Positions 22,025-32,343 are shown, numbered from the stretch's first letter. The stretch is DNA of 64,000 nucleotides from Anaeromyxobacter sp. (GCA_049840735.1 JASGJN010000022.1:640001-704000), one strand, 5' to 3'. A program made the numbers and translations. The notes: generated by a model from the letters alone, not told the origin.

Positions 22025-23305
22025 ATGGAGGGGCTTGGCCCGCTGGAGATGTTCGGTTCGGTCGCGGCGCTCGCGGCGCTGGTTGCCCTGCGCGCGGTCG
22101 CCGCAGCCCTGGAGGCCGCCCTGGTGGCGCTGGGCGTGCCGCGTGCGCAGGCCCTGGGCACGGCGCCGGACGCGAGCCGCCGGGCCCGCGCGCTGGCCGC
22201 GCTGATGCTGGACCGCGAGGTCACGGCCTTCACCATCCGCTTCACCACCGCCTTCAGCATGCTGCTGCTGGGGCTGCTGGCCGGCACCGAGGCGGCGTGG
22301 CTGGTCCCCCGGGGCGGCTGGTGGGGCGGTCTGGTCGCAGCCGTTGGGGTGGGGCTGCTCACGCTGCCCATCTCGGCGCTGGCCCGCAGCCTGGGGGCGG
22401 CGCACGGCGAGCCGGTGGCCCTGGCGCTGGCCCGGCCCTTCCGGCTGCTCCGCAAGCTGCTCAGGCCGCTGGCGCGGCTGGTGATGGCCTGCACCTTCGG
22501 CCAGGGGCGCTTCTCCATGCCGGCGCCGCCGCTGGACGAGATGGAGCGGGCGCTGGCGGAGTACGCGCGCGCCGACGAGGGCGCGGCAGCCGGCAGCGCC
22601 ACCACCACCAGCGAGCTCATCCACCGCGTCTTCGAGTTCAAGGAGAAGGTGGCGCGCGACCTGATGGTGCCGCGCACCGACGTGGTGGCGGTGGAGGGCT
22701 CCACGCCGGTGCCGGAGATCATCCAGCTCCTGGCGGAGGAGGGTCACTCGCGCATGCCGGTCTACCGGGAGAGCCTGGACCGGATCGAGGGCGTGCTCCA
22801 CGCGCGCGACCTGGTGCCGCTCCTGGCGCACCCGGAGCTGATCGTGCTGCGCGACCTGCTCCGGCCGGCCCACTTCGTCCCCTGGTCGAAGCCCATCGAC
22901 CAGCTGCTGCGGGAGATGCAGCGGCGCAAGCTGCACATGGCCTTCGTGGTGGACGAGTTTGGCGGCGTGATGGGCATCTGCACCATCGAGGACGTGCTGG
23001 AGCAGATCGTCGGCGAGATCCAGGACGAGTTCGAGGAGGACGAGGACCGGCTGGTGGAGGCGCACGCCGACGGCACCTTCACGGCGCAGGGCGCCGCGCC
23101 GGTGGCCGAGTTCAACCGCGTCACCGGCGCCGGGCTGCCCGAGGACCAGGACTTCGAGACGGTGTCCGGGTTCGTGAGCTCGCTGGCCGGCGCCATCCCC
23201 GCCCGCGGCGACCGCCTCCACTGGAAGGACTGGGCCTTCACGGTGGCGGAGGCGGACCCGCGCAAGGTCACCAAGGTCCGCGCCGCGCGCGTGAAGCGGG
23301 GGTGA
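22025..23305 (+). CDS. CNNM/CorB-type hemolysin-family protein (TM-CBS-CorC)
   Basis: TM region, LMVPRTD, HSRMPVY, VVDEFGG...TIEDVLEQIVGEIQDE. Confidence 0.9.
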   Translation: MEGLGPLEMFGSVAALAALVALRAVAAALEAALVALGVPRAQALGTAPDASRRARALAALMLDREVTAFTIRFTTAFSMLLLGLLAGTEAAWLVPRGGWWGGLVAAVGVGLLTLPISALARSLGAAHGEPVALALARPFRLLRKLLRPLARLVMACTFGQGRFSMPAPPLDEMERALAEYARADEGAAAGSATTTSELIHRVFEFKEKVARDLMVPRTDVVAVEGSTPVPEIIQLLAEEGHSRMPVYRESLDRIEGVLHARDLVPLLAHPELIVLRDLLRPAHFVPWSKPIDQLLREMQRRKLHMAFVVDEFGGVMGICTIEDVLEQIVGEIQDEFEEDEDRLVEAHADGTFTAQGAAPVAEFNRVTGAGLPEDQDFETVSGFVSSLAGAIPARGDRLHWKDWAFTVAEADPRKVTKVRAARVKRG

Positions 23306-23306
23306 G

Positions 23307-23864
23307 GTGAGCATGACCGGTCCCTTCCTGGTGGGCGAGAAGGTGTCGCTGCGGCCGCTGGACGCCACCGACGCGCCGCGGCTGGTCACGCTGCTCAACG
23401 ACCCGGCGGTGCGCCGGAACCTGCGCCTGGACCGGCCGGTGTCGCTGGCGGCCGAGCACGAGTTCATCGCCGCGCTGGCCCGCGCCACCGACCAGGTGGT
23501 GCTGGGCGTGGCGGCGCGCGACGACGGCCGGCTGCTGGGCGTGACCGGCCTGCACCAGCTGGGCGACGCGGCCCGGCAGGCCGAGTTCGGCATCTTCCTG
23601 GGCGGGCCGCAGGAGTGGGGCAAGGGCTTCGGCCAGGAGGCGACCCGGCTGATCGTGGACTACGGCTTCGGGACGCTCAACCTGAACCGCATCTGGCTGC
23701 ACGTGAACGCCGGCAACCAGCGCGGCGTGCGCGCCTACCAGAAGGTCGGCTTCAAGACCGAGGGCGTGCTGCGGCAGGCCTCGTTCCGCGACGGCGCCTA
23801 CCAGGACGTGGTCGCGATGGCGATCCTGCGGGAGGAGTGGGCGCCGCCCGGGCGGCCGGGGTAG
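23307..23864 (+). CDS. RimJ/RimL-type GNAT acetyltransferase
   Basis: WGKGFGQEA, LNLNRIWL, YQKVGFKTEG. Confidence 0.9.
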   Translation: MSMTGPFLVGEKVSLRPLDATDAPRLVTLLNDPAVRRNLRLDRPVSLAAEHEFIAALARATDQVVLGVAARDDGRLLGVTGLHQLGDAARQAEFGIFLGGPQEWGKGFGQEATRLIVDYGFGTLNLNRIWLHVNAGNQRGVRAYQKVGFKTEGVLRQASFRDGAYQDVVAMAILREEWAPPGRPG

Positions 23865-23872
23865 AAGGGGGG

Positions 23873-24166
23873 ATGTACGCGCTCGCCATCATCCGTTACC
23901 GCAAGCCGCTCGAAGAGGTCCTCAAGGTCGTCGACGCCCACCGCGCCTACCTGCGCGAGCTGAAGGCCAGGGGGACGCTGGTGACCTCCGGGCCGTTCGA
24001 GCCGCGCTTCGGCGGCGCGCTGCTGCTGCGCGTGCCGGACGAGGACCCCGACCCCGCCCTGCTGGCCGTGCGCGACGGCGATCCGTTCGTGCAGCACGCG
24101 GTGGCGCAGTACGAGCTGTTGCCCTGGCTGCCGAACATCGGGAAGGAAGACCTGGACCGGGCCTGA
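23873..24166 (+). CDS. YciI family protein
   Basis: HRAYL...SGP...GG...DPF motif pattern. Confidence 0.85.
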   Translation: MYALAIIRYRKPLEEVLKVVDAHRAYLRELKARGTLVTSGPFEPRFGGALLLRVPDEDPDPALLAVRDGDPFVQHAVAQYELLPWLPNIGKEDLDRA

Positions 24167-24226
24167 GCGGCGCCGAGGGCGGGGCGGGCACGGTTCATGT
24201 GCGCCGGGCGCCGCCGGAACCGGTCA

Positions 24227-24280
24227 GCCTGAGCGTAGCCCCAGCGTAGCCCCGCCGGAGGCGGGGCGGAGTCGAAGGCT
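24227..24280. repeat. REP-like element (reverse orientation)
   Basis: CCTGAGCGTAGC-(partial duplication)-hairpin-GCGGAGTCGAAGG. Confidence 0.75.
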
Positions 24281-24335
24281 GGGACCGGGTTGAAGGCGGC
24301 GGAGCCTCCGGCGGGGCGTGCTAAGGTTCGCGGCC

Positions 24336-25716
24336 ATGACCGAGAACCGTTCGCGCCGAGGCGCCGGGCTACTACCGCTGGCTGGTGCTGCTGGCCTGCA
24401 GCATCGCCATGTTCGGCAACTACTACGTCTTCGACGCGCTCTACCCGGTCACCGACGCGCTGCAGTCGCAGCTCGGGTTCACGCACCAGGACGTCGGCGT
24501 GCTCGACACCGCCTACAACGTCGCGGCGCTGGTGGCGCTGCTGGGCGGCGTCTTCCTCATCGACCGGCTCGGCACCATCCGGTCGGCGGTGCTCTTCGCG
24601 GCCATCGGCGCGCTCGGCACGGCCGGCATCGCCTACGGTCCCGAGCTCCTCTCCGCCAATCCGGCCTGGGGCATGATCGGGGGCCGCTTCGTCCTGGGCC
24701 TCGGCTCCGAGCTGTTCATCGTCGCGGCCACCACCGTGGTGGGGCGCTGGTTCAGCGGGAAGACGGTCGCCACCGCGCTGGCGGTGCAGCTCCTCATCGG
24801 CCGGCTCGGGTCGGTGGTGGCGGACAAGTCCCCCGGCCTGGCGAAGTCCCTCTTCACCGGCTGGCAGCCGCCGTTGATCGCCGCGATGGGCCTGGGCCTG
24901 GTCTGGCTCGTCTTCGCGATCATCTACGCGCTGCTCGAGGCGCGCGCCGCCAGGGTCTACGGCGTGAGCCAGGGCGGCACCACCGACAAGCTGGTCCTGG
25001 CCGACATCCTGGCCTTCAACCGCTCCTACTGGTGGGTGGTCGGCCTCTGCGTGGCCTTCTACGCCACCATCTTCCCGTTCCGGACCCATGCCAACGACTA
25101 CCTGATCCAGGTGCACGGCCTCACCAACGAGGCGGCCGGCAACCTCAAGTCGCTGGTGCCCCTGATCTCGATGTTCGGCATGCCGCTCTTCGGCATCCTG
25201 GTGGATCGGATCGGCAAGCGCGCGCTGCTGATGACGGTGGGCTCGTTCCTGCTCGCCTCCTCGTTCCCGCTCATCGTCTACTGGCACACCGGCGTGGCCG
25301 TCCCGGAGATCGCCACGCCGGCGTTCTGGTTCGTCCCCAAGTTCGTGCTCATCTCGGCCGGCACGCCGCTGGGGTTAGCGATCACCCACTGCATGCTTGG
25401 CCTCGCCTTCGCGCTGGTGCCAGCGGTGCTGTGGCCTGCGGTCACGTACCTCGTGCCGGAGAAGCGGCTCGGCTCGGCGTACGCCCTCATGACCTTCCTG
25501 CAGCAGCTGCTCTGGGGCGGCATGAGCTGGGGCATCGGCGCGGCCAACGACCTGGCCGGCGCCAGCGCGGCCCACCCGGAGGGCTGGCGCTACGCCATGT
25601 GGGCCCTCTCGCTGCTCAGCCTGAGCGCGTTCGTCTTCTCCTTCCTGCTCTGGCGCGACGAGCGCGGGGCGCACTCGCACGGGCTGGAGGCGCGGGCGCC
25701 GAAGCAGGCCGCGTAG
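24336..25716 (+). CDS. MFS transporter (frameshift at about 24345)
   Basis: About 12 hydrophobic segments; IDRLG and VDRIGKR loop motifs; removing one A joins MTETVRAEAPGYYRWLVL. Confidence 0.9.
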
Positions 25717-25781
25717 GCCCCCTTTCGCGAAGGCAGGCTCGGCGGCCCCGGGATCACCGGCGGGGCCCGCCTGTCAATTAT

Positions 25782-25810
25782 TTGCCATCGCGATCCCGGG
25801 GTCGTATGCT
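25782..25810 (+). promoter_or_regulatory. Probable sigma70 promoter of pomYZX
   Basis: TTGCCA-17 bp-TATGCT, 86 bp upstream of the pomY ATG. Confidence 0.55.
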
Positions 25811-25895
25811 GCGATATCGACGCAAGATCCTGTGATCTGGACAGGATCCAGGTGTGGGTGGCGGGCCCGGCAACCGGCGGGCACTGGGCGGGTGA

Positions 25896-27629
25896 ATGGC
25901 GGACGGCGTGGACGCAGGGACGGCCTTGGCGATCGATCCGGAGGAGCTGCTCCGGAGCGCGCTGGAGAAGATCGTCTTCTTCGAGTGCCGCGTCTCCCAG
26001 CTCGAGTCCGAGCTGCTGGCCGCCCGCACCACCGCGGAGCGCGCGCGGGCCGACGCGGCCGCGGCGCGCCGGCACGAGGTCGAGCTGGAGCAGACGGCGG
26101 CGGCCGAGCGCGGCGCGCGGGGCGACCTGCAGGCCCGCGCCGACGACCTGGGCGAGCGGGTCCGGCTCCTGGAAGGCGAGCGCGAGCGGCTGCTGGCGGG
26201 GCTGGTGGAGCGCGCCCGGGTGGGCGGCGCCCCCGGCTCGGACGGCGCGCCCGGGCCGGAGGAGGGCGGCGCCGACCTGGCCGGCTTCATCGCCGAGCTG
26301 CGCGCCGAGATCGTGGCCCTGCGGGCCTGGAAGGCGGCGGCCGAGGTCGCCGGCTACCGCGGCGAGCCGGGCGCGACGGTGGTCCGGCTGCCGGTGCACG
26401 AATCGGTGCCGGCGCTGGCCGGGCGGTTCGAGTCGGAGGGGCGGGTGGGGCTCTCCGGGCGCGACACCGACCGGATGAAGGGCCTGCTGGGCACGCAGGC
26501 CGACCGCGTCCTCTACGAGCGCTCCATGGACGACCTCAAGGCCGCCGACGCCCGCACCCGCCTGCGCGCGGTGCGCGCGCTGGAGGCGCTGGGCTCCAAG
26601 GCCGCGGCGCCGCTGCTGGCCGCGGCGCTGGGGCGCGAGGCGGACGAGGGCGTGAAGGCCGCCATCCTGGGCGCGCTGGCCCGCTTCAAGGAGCCGTTCG
26701 CGGCCGAGCTGGCGGCGCGCGAGCTCGGCGACGCGCGCCCGGCGGTCCGCATCGCGGCGCTGGAGACGCTGGCCGCGGTGGCCCAGGACTCCTCCGAGGC
26801 GCGCCTGGCCGAGGCCATGGCCGACCCGAGCCCGCTGGTGCGGCGCCGGGCGGCGCTCCTGCTGGCATTCACGCAGGGTGAACGGTCCGAGGCGGCGCTG
26901 GCCGCCGCGCTGGGCGACCCGGACCGCGGCGTGGCCCGCGCGGCCGCCGCGGCGCTCTCCGGCCGGCCCACCGCCCGCGCCCAGGGGGCGCTGGCCCGCG
27001 CCCTGGAGCACCCGGAGGCCTCGGTCCGCGAGGCGGCCGGGCGGGCCCTGTCGCGGGTGTCGGGCGAGGCGGTGCCGGTGGACGGCCCCGCGCCGGCGCG
27101 CCGCGCGGCGTCCCGGCGGATCGCGGAGAAGCTGGCGGCGATGGACGCGCCGGCGCTGCGGGAGGCGGTGCTGGCGGCGACCGCGACGCCGTTCGCGGCG
27201 GCCGTGCGCCCTTCGGCTCCGGTCGCTGCGCCCGTTCGTCCTTCGACTCCGGCGCGGGCCAGCGTGCCCGCGCAGCCCACCACCCGCGCCTGCGCTCAGG
27301 ACGAACGGATGGCCGTCCGTCCTGCGGCTGGGGTCACGACAGCCGTTCGTGCTGAGCCCTTCGAAGAGCTCAGGGCAGGCGGAGGAGCACGAAGGGTGGA
27401 GGCCCCCGCCCGCACCGCCGTGGCGGTGATGGTGCAGGAGGCCGCCCCCGCGGCCGGCACCGACCTCGAGGCCGTGGTGGCCGAGGTCCGCATGTCGCTC
27501 CGCGGCTGCACCGCCGCCGACCTCGGCGCCGTGCTGGGCCTGGCCGGCGGCCAGGTCGAGGCCGCGCTCGCCACCCTCTCCGCCCGCGGCACGATCGTCC
27601 AGCGCGGCGCCCGCTGGTTCATGGCCTAG
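25896..27629 (+). CDS. pomY: PomY-like protein (coiled coil, HEAT repeats, low-complexity linker, C-terminal small domain)
   Basis: Architecture and position upstream of a ParA ATPase and a PomX-like gene match the myxobacterial pom cluster. Confidence 0.75.
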   Translation: MADGVDAGTALAIDPEELLRSALEKIVFFECRVSQLESELLAARTTAERARADAAAARRHEVELEQTAAAERGARGDLQARADDLGERVRLLEGERERLLAGLVERARVGGAPGSDGAPGPEEGGADLAGFIAELRAEIVALRAWKAAAEVAGYRGEPGATVVRLPVHESVPALAGRFESEGRVGLSGRDTDRMKGLLGTQADRVLYERSMDDLKAADARTRLRAVRALEALGSKAAAPLLAAALGREADEGVKAAILGALARFKEPFAAELAARELGDARPAVRIAALETLAAVAQDSSEARLAEAMADPSPLVRRRAALLLAFTQGERSEAALAAALGDPDRGVARAAAAALSGRPTARAQGALARALEHPEASVREAAGRALSRVSGEAVPVDGPAPARRAASRRIAEKLAAMDAPALREAVLAATATPFAAAVRPSAPVAAPVRPSTPARASVPAQPTTRACAQDERMAVRPAAGVTTAVRAEPFEELRAGGGARRVEAPARTAVAVMVQEAAPAAGTDLEAVVAEVRMSLRGCTAADLGAVLGLAGGQVEAALATLSARGTIVQRGARWFMA

Positions 27630-27637
27630 GGGAACAC

Positions 27638-28582
27638 ATGGAGAACGTCCGCTACACCGCGAAGCGCCTGGCCGAGATCCTCTCCGCGACCGAGAAGCAG
27701 GTCGTGAAGGAGCTGGGCCGCAAGGACGGCTTCGGGCCGGAGGACCTGGCCAACCTGCGCGTCAAGCTGAAGCGCACGCCGCCGGCCTTCCCGCCGCGCG
27801 TCCAGCTCTTCCTCAACTTCAAGGGCGGCACCGGCAAGACCAGCCTCTCCTCCTCCTACGCCTACCGGCTGGCGGAGAAGGGCTACCGGGTGCTGATGAT
27901 CGACCTCGACAGCCAGGGGCACGCCACCAAGTGCCTGGGCCAGGAGGGCTCGAGCTTCACCGCCACGCTCCACGACGTGCTCATCCGCCGCAGGCCGCTG
28001 GCCGAGGTGACGGTGCCGACCGGCATGCCGAACCTCGCGCTGGTCCCGGCCAACCTGGCCATGAGCACCATCGACCTGGCGCTCATGCCGCTGGCCGGGC
28101 GCGAGTTCCGGCTGCGCAACGCGCTGGAGGCGGTGAAGGGACAGTACGACTTCGTGGTGCTGGACGCGCCGCCGTCCTTCGGCCTGCTCAACCTGAACGC
28201 GCTGATGGCGGCCTCCGACCTGATCATCCCGGTGCTGGCCGACTTCCTCTCCTATGACGGCCTGCGGCTGCTCTTCGAGACCATCCAGGGGCTGGAGCAG
28301 GACCTCTCGCACCAGCTCGAGAACATCTTCATCGTGGTGAACGCCTTCAACCAGACGTTCAAGATCGCGCGCGAGGCGCTGGAGGCGCTGCGCACCCACT
28401 ACGCCGACTACCTGCTCGACACGGTGGTCCGGCAGTGCACCAAGTTCGCCCAGGCCTCCAGCGAGGGCTGCCCGATCTTCGGCTACGACCCGGACTCGAA
28501 GGGCGCGAACGACATCGACACCGCCCAGACCGAGATCCTGGGCCGGATCCAGGCCGCCGCGCGCGCGGCGGCGGGAGCGTAG
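27638..28582 (+). CDS. pomZ: ParA/MinD-family ATPase PomZ
   Basis: KGGTGKT deviant Walker A, IDLDSQG, LDAPP; lies between pomY-like and pomX-like genes. Confidence 0.85.
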   Translation: MENVRYTAKRLAEILSATEKQVVKELGRKDGFGPEDLANLRVKLKRTPPAFPPRVQLFLNFKGGTGKTSLSSSYAYRLAEKGYRVLMIDLDSQGHATKCLGQEGSSFTATLHDVLIRRRPLAEVTVPTGMPNLALVPANLAMSTIDLALMPLAGREFRLRNALEAVKGQYDFVVLDAPPSFGLLNLNALMAASDLIIPVLADFLSYDGLRLLFETIQGLEQDLSHQLENIFIVVNAFNQTFKIAREALEALRTHYADYLLDTVVRQCTKFAQASSEGCPIFGYDPDSKGANDIDTAQTEILGRIQAAARAAAGA

Positions 28583-28585
28583 GAC

Positions 28586-29539
28586 ATGCGCAAGGCCTTC
28601 GACGCCAACGTCCCGAAGCTGAAGCCCCGGCTCAAGGGGGCGGCCACGGCTGCGCCGGTCATCGAGGACGCGGTGGAGTCCCCGCCGCTGGCGCTGCGGA
28701 CGCAGGAGCCGGAGGTCGAGGCCGTTCGCCAGGTCGCTGAGCCCATCGCTCGTGGTTCGACAGGCTCACCACGAGCGGAGTCCGTTCGTGCTGAGCGTAG
28801 CTCGCCGCAGGCAAGCGGAGTCGAAGCACGAACGCAGGAGCCGGTCGAACCGACCGTCCCCACCTCCGACGTGGGCGACCGCCGCGACCGCCTGCAGAAG
28901 ATCAAGAAGCGGGTGGCCGAGGCCGCCCGCCCGGCGCCGCGCATCGAGCCGGTGCCGGCCGATCCTGCCCGCGCCGCCGAGAGCGTGCTGGGGCTGGTCC
29001 ACGACCTGGAGGCCGAGCTGCACCGGGCCCGCGAGCGCGAGGAGGCGCTCCGGACCGACCTGGACGGCGCGCGCGTCGAGCTGGCCCGCGCGGCCGGCGA
29101 GGCCCGCGGCGCCAGCGAGAAGCTGGTCGGCGCCGAGCGCGAGCTGGACGAGAAGCGCACCGTGCTGAACGAGCTGTTGGCCGAGATGGGCGCGCTGGAG
29201 GAGGAGCGGGACGAGGCCGTCCGCCGCGCGCAGGCCATGGCCGCGCTGGACGAGGAGCGGGCCCGGCTGCTCGACGAGGTGACCCGCCGCGCCGACGAGG
29301 AGTCGAAGCTGCGCGCCGAGCGCGAGGCCGAGGTGGAGCGGCTCAGCGAGGAGCTGCGCGCCGGGGCCGCCGACGGCGCCCGCCTGCGCAACGCCGTGGG
29401 CGAGCTGGCCCGCGAGCGCGACGGCCTGGCCAGCGAGCTGGACCGCCTGCGCGCCGAGCGCGACGAGCTGGCCTCGGCCAAGCGCGCGCTGGAGCAGGTG
29501 CACGCCGCGCTGGCGCAGGCGCGGGCGCGGCTGGGGTGA
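28586..29539 (+). CDS. pomX: PomX-like ATPase-activating coiled-coil protein
   Basis: N-terminus MRKAFDANVPKLKPRLK resembles the M. xanthus PomX N-terminal peptide as I recall it (K13/R15 in register); disordered linker then long coiled coil. Confidence 0.8.
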   Translation: MRKAFDANVPKLKPRLKGAATAAPVIEDAVESPPLALRTQEPEVEAVRQVAEPIARGSTGSPRAESVRAERSSPQASGVEARTQEPVEPTVPTSDVGDRRDRLQKIKKRVAEAARPAPRIEPVPADPARAAESVLGLVHDLEAELHRAREREEALRTDLDGARVELARAAGEARGASEKLVGAERELDEKRTVLNELLAEMGALEEERDEAVRRAQAMAALDEERARLLDEVTRRADEESKLRAEREAEVERLSEELRAGAADGARLRNAVGELARERDGLASELDRLRAERDELASAKRALEQVHAALAQARARLG

Positions 29540-29581
29540 CCGGCGAGCGGGCCTGCTCTCCCGCCCGGGGTGAGCACCGAG

Positions 29582-31012
29582 CTACTGCTGCGCCGCCTTC
29601 CGGTCGATGGGCGTCACCTTCCGGTCGCGCAGCGTGTCCAGCGCGTCGAAGGCGGCGTACTTGTAGGCCTCGCCCAGCGTCGGGTAGTTGAAGACCGCCT
29701 CGGCGAAGTAGGAGAGGTTCCCGCCCAGCGTCATGACGGCGTGGCCGAGGTGGACCAGGTCGGAGGCGTGCGGGCCGATGCAGTGCACGCCCAGGATGCG
29801 CTGGTCGGCGGGGTCGGCCAGGAGCTTGAGGAAGCCCACCGCCTCGCCCACCAGGTTGGCCCGGGCGTTGCCGGTGAGCGTGGTCCGCCCCACCACGTAG
29901 TCGCGCCCCTTGGCGCGCAGCGACTCCTCGGTCTCGCCCACCGAGGAGATCTCCGGGATGGTGTAGATGCCGACCGGCAAGAGGTCGTGCAGGCCGCCCG
30001 GGCGGTCGGCCACGCCGCAGGCGTGGCGCATGGCCACGCGCCCCTGCTCCATGGAGGTGGACGCCAGGCCGGGGAAGCCCACCAGGTCGCCGGCCGCGTA
30101 GATGTGCGGCACCGCGGTCTGGAAGTGCTCGTTCACCTCCAGCAAACCGCGCGCGTTGGCGGTGAGGCCGGCCGCGGCCAGGTTGAGCGCCTCCACGTTG
30201 CCGATGCGCCCGGAGGCCACCAGCACCTTCTCCGCCACCAGCCGCGAGCCGTCCGCCAGCGTGACCAGCACGTCCCGCTCGCCCGGCTCCAGCTTCGTGG
30301 CCCGCGTCTGCTGGTAGGGCTCGATGCCGGCCAGGGCGAACAGGTCCTGCATGGCCAGCGACACCTCGGCGTCGAGCCAGGGCAGCAGTCGCTCCTTGGA
30401 GTCGATGATGGAGACGCTCACGCCCAGCGCGGCGAAGATGGAGGCGTACTCGCACCCGGCCACGCCGCCGCCCAGGATGGCCAGCGAGCGGGGGATGCGA
30501 TCCAGCAGCAGGATCGAGTCCGAGTCGTACACGCGGACGTGATCGATGGGGTACTGCGGCGGGTGGAAGGGGCGGGTGCCGGTGGCGAGCAGCACCGTCT
30601 CGGCACGCAGGTCCTGGAAGCCGCCGTCCGGCACCGAGACGCGCAGCGTGTTCCCGTCCCCGAAGGACGCCGTGCCCCGGAACTGCTCCACGCCGGCGCG
30701 GTTGAGCGCGCTGCGGATGCGCGAGTGCTCGCGGGCGGTGACCAGGCCGCGGCGGCCCATCAGCTCGGGGATGGTCACCTGGCCGGAGACGCGCAGCTCG
30801 AGGCCGTGGGCGTCGCGGCTGCGGGCCTGCTGGATGGCCAGCGCGGTCTCGCGCAGCGCCTTGGAGGGGATGGTGCCGGTGTTGGCGGAGGCGCCCCCGG
30901 GCACGGCCTCCTTCTCGACCAGCGCGACCTTCTTGCCCAGCGCCGCCGCCTGGACCGCGCCGTTCTCCCCGGCCGGGCCGGAGCCGATCACCACCACGTC
31001 GTAGCTCAGCAT
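29582..31012 (-). CDS. sthA: Soluble pyridine nucleotide transhydrogenase
   Basis: GSGPAG, NTGTIPSKALRE (no redox CxxxxC), GIYTIPEIS, FNYPTLGEAYK. Confidence 0.9.
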   Translation of the reverse strand: MLSYDVVVIGSGPAGENGAVQAAALGKKVALVEKEAVPGGASANTGTIPSKALRETALAIQQARSRDAHGLELRVSGQVTIPELMGRRGLVTAREHSRIRSALNRAGVEQFRGTASFGDGNTLRVSVPDGGFQDLRAETVLLATGTRPFHPPQYPIDHVRVYDSDSILLLDRIPRSLAILGGGVAGCEYASIFAALGVSVSIIDSKERLLPWLDAEVSLAMQDLFALAGIEPYQQTRATKLEPGERDVLVTLADGSRLVAEKVLVASGRIGNVEALNLAAAGLTANARGLLEVNEHFQTAVPHIYAAGDLVGFPGLASTSMEQGRVAMRHACGVADRPGGLHDLLPVGIYTIPEISSVGETEESLRAKGRDYVVGRTTLTGNARANLVGEAVGFLKLLADPADQRILGVHCIGPHASDLVHLGHAVMTLGGNLSYFAEAVFNYPTLGEAYKYAAFDALDTLRDRKVTPIDRKAAQQ

Positions 31013-31066
31013 GCGACGTACCTCATAGTGCGGACCGGCTCCGGATTCGATATTCTCTGCAATTCC

Positions 31067-32218
31067 GTGCGGAACGTCCCGAAGAACCCTGCCCTGGGCA
31101 GGATCCCCAAGAACCTGGCCGTGGAGCTGGAAGAGCGGCGCAAGGCGCTCCAGGCCGCGGGCCGCCGGCTGTTCGACTTCGGCCTGGGCGACCCCCGCGA
31201 GCCCACCCCCCCGTTCCTGCGGGAGAGGCTGCGGGCGGCCGTCCCCGAGGTCTCGCAGTACCCCAGCGCCTTCGGCACCCCGGCCCTGCGCCAGGCGGCG
31301 GCCGGCTACCTCCAGCGCCGCTTCGGCGTGGCGGTGGACCCGGAGAAGCAGGTGGTGGCCTGCGCCGGCGCCAAGGAGGGCATCTTCCACCTGCCGCTGG
31401 CCTTCGCCGGCGACCCGGCGCGCCGCAAGGTGATCATCCCCGACCCCGGCTACCCGACCTACGAAGCGGGGGCGCTGCTGGCCGGCCTCGAGCCGGTGAA
31501 GGTCCCGCTCGACCGCGCGCACGGCTTCCTGATCGAGCCGGAGGCGCTCGGCGAGGCGCTGCTGCGGGAGACGCTGCTGTTCTGGATCTCCTACCCGCAC
31601 AACCCCACCGGCGCCCTGGCCTCGCGCGACTACCTCGCGCGCGTGGGGGCCGCGGCGGTGAAGCACGGCTTCATCGTCTGCTCGGACGAGTGCTACGCCG
31701 ACGTCTACTTCGGCGCCCCGCCGCCCTCCATGCTGGAGGTGCAGGTGGAGAACACGCTGGTCGTCCACAGCTGCTCCAAGCGCAGCGGCATGACCGGTTA
31801 CCGCAGCGGCTTCATCGCCGGTGACGCCGACCTCATCGCCCAGCTCCGCACCCTGCGCAGCCACCCCGGGGTGGCCTCGCCCGAGTTCGTGCCCGCGGCC
31901 GCCGCGGCGGCCTGGGCCGACGACGTCCACCCGGCGGAGCGGCGCGAGATCTTCCGGCAGAAGCGCGATCGGTTCCTGCGCTTCTTCGCCGAGCAGGGGC
32001 TCTCGGTGGACGCCTCCGAGGCCACGCTCTACCTGTGGGTGCGGGTGCCGAGGGGCGAGACCTCGGCGTCGTATGCGCTCAGGTTGCTGGACGCCGGCAT
32101 CGTGCTGGCGCCCGGCACCGCGTTCGGCGCGGCCGGCGAGGGGTACGTGCGGGTCTCGCTGGTGCCGACGCTGGCCGAGTGCGACGAGGCCATCGCGGCG
32201 TGGCGGGCGGTGCGCTGA
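31067..32218 (+). CDS. dapC: Succinyldiaminopimelate aminotransferase (class I/II PLP)
   Basis: YPHNPTG, SDECY, SCSKRSGMTGYRSG; first gene of the dap operon. Confidence 0.85.
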   Translation: MRNVPKNPALGRIPKNLAVELEERRKALQAAGRRLFDFGLGDPREPTPPFLRERLRAAVPEVSQYPSAFGTPALRQAAAGYLQRRFGVAVDPEKQVVACAGAKEGIFHLPLAFAGDPARRKVIIPDPGYPTYEAGALLAGLEPVKVPLDRAHGFLIEPEALGEALLRETLLFWISYPHNPTGALASRDYLARVGAAAVKHGFIVCSDECYADVYFGAPPPSMLEVQVENTLVVHSCSKRSGMTGYRSGFIAGDADLIAQLRTLRSHPGVASPEFVPAAAAAAWADDVHPAERREIFRQKRDRFLRFFAEQGLSVDASEATLYLWVRVPRGETSASYALRLLDAGIVLAPGTAFGAAGEGYVRVSLVPTLAECDEAIAAWRAVR

Positions 32219-32230
32219 TGACTTTCGAGG

Positions 32231-32324
32231 CCGCTCGCCTTTCGACAGGCTCAGGGCGAGCGGTGGGAGCGGCATCGTCGGTGGCAGTCATCCGCTCGTG
32301 GTGAGCTTGTCGAACCACGAGCGG
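32231..32324. repeat. Two short-form REP-like palindromes in opposite orientation
   Basis: CCGCTCGCCT-TTCGACAGGCTCA-GGGCGAGCGG and CCGCTCGTGG-TGAGCTTGTCGAA-CCACGAGCGG. Confidence 0.8.
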
Positions 32325-32343
32325 TGCTGAGAGAGGGAGCGGA

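Noticed and set aside
27638..28582. Plasmid or chromosome partition parA indicating a mobile element
   Set aside because: No parB is adjacent and the flanking genes match pomY and pomX, a known chromosomal myxobacterial system.
29570..32275. Two overlapping giant ORFs (882 and 897 aa) as a bidirectional gene pair
   Set aside because: Each is a real gene (dapC or sthA) extended by the stop-poor antisense frame of the other, which is typical of high-GC DNA.
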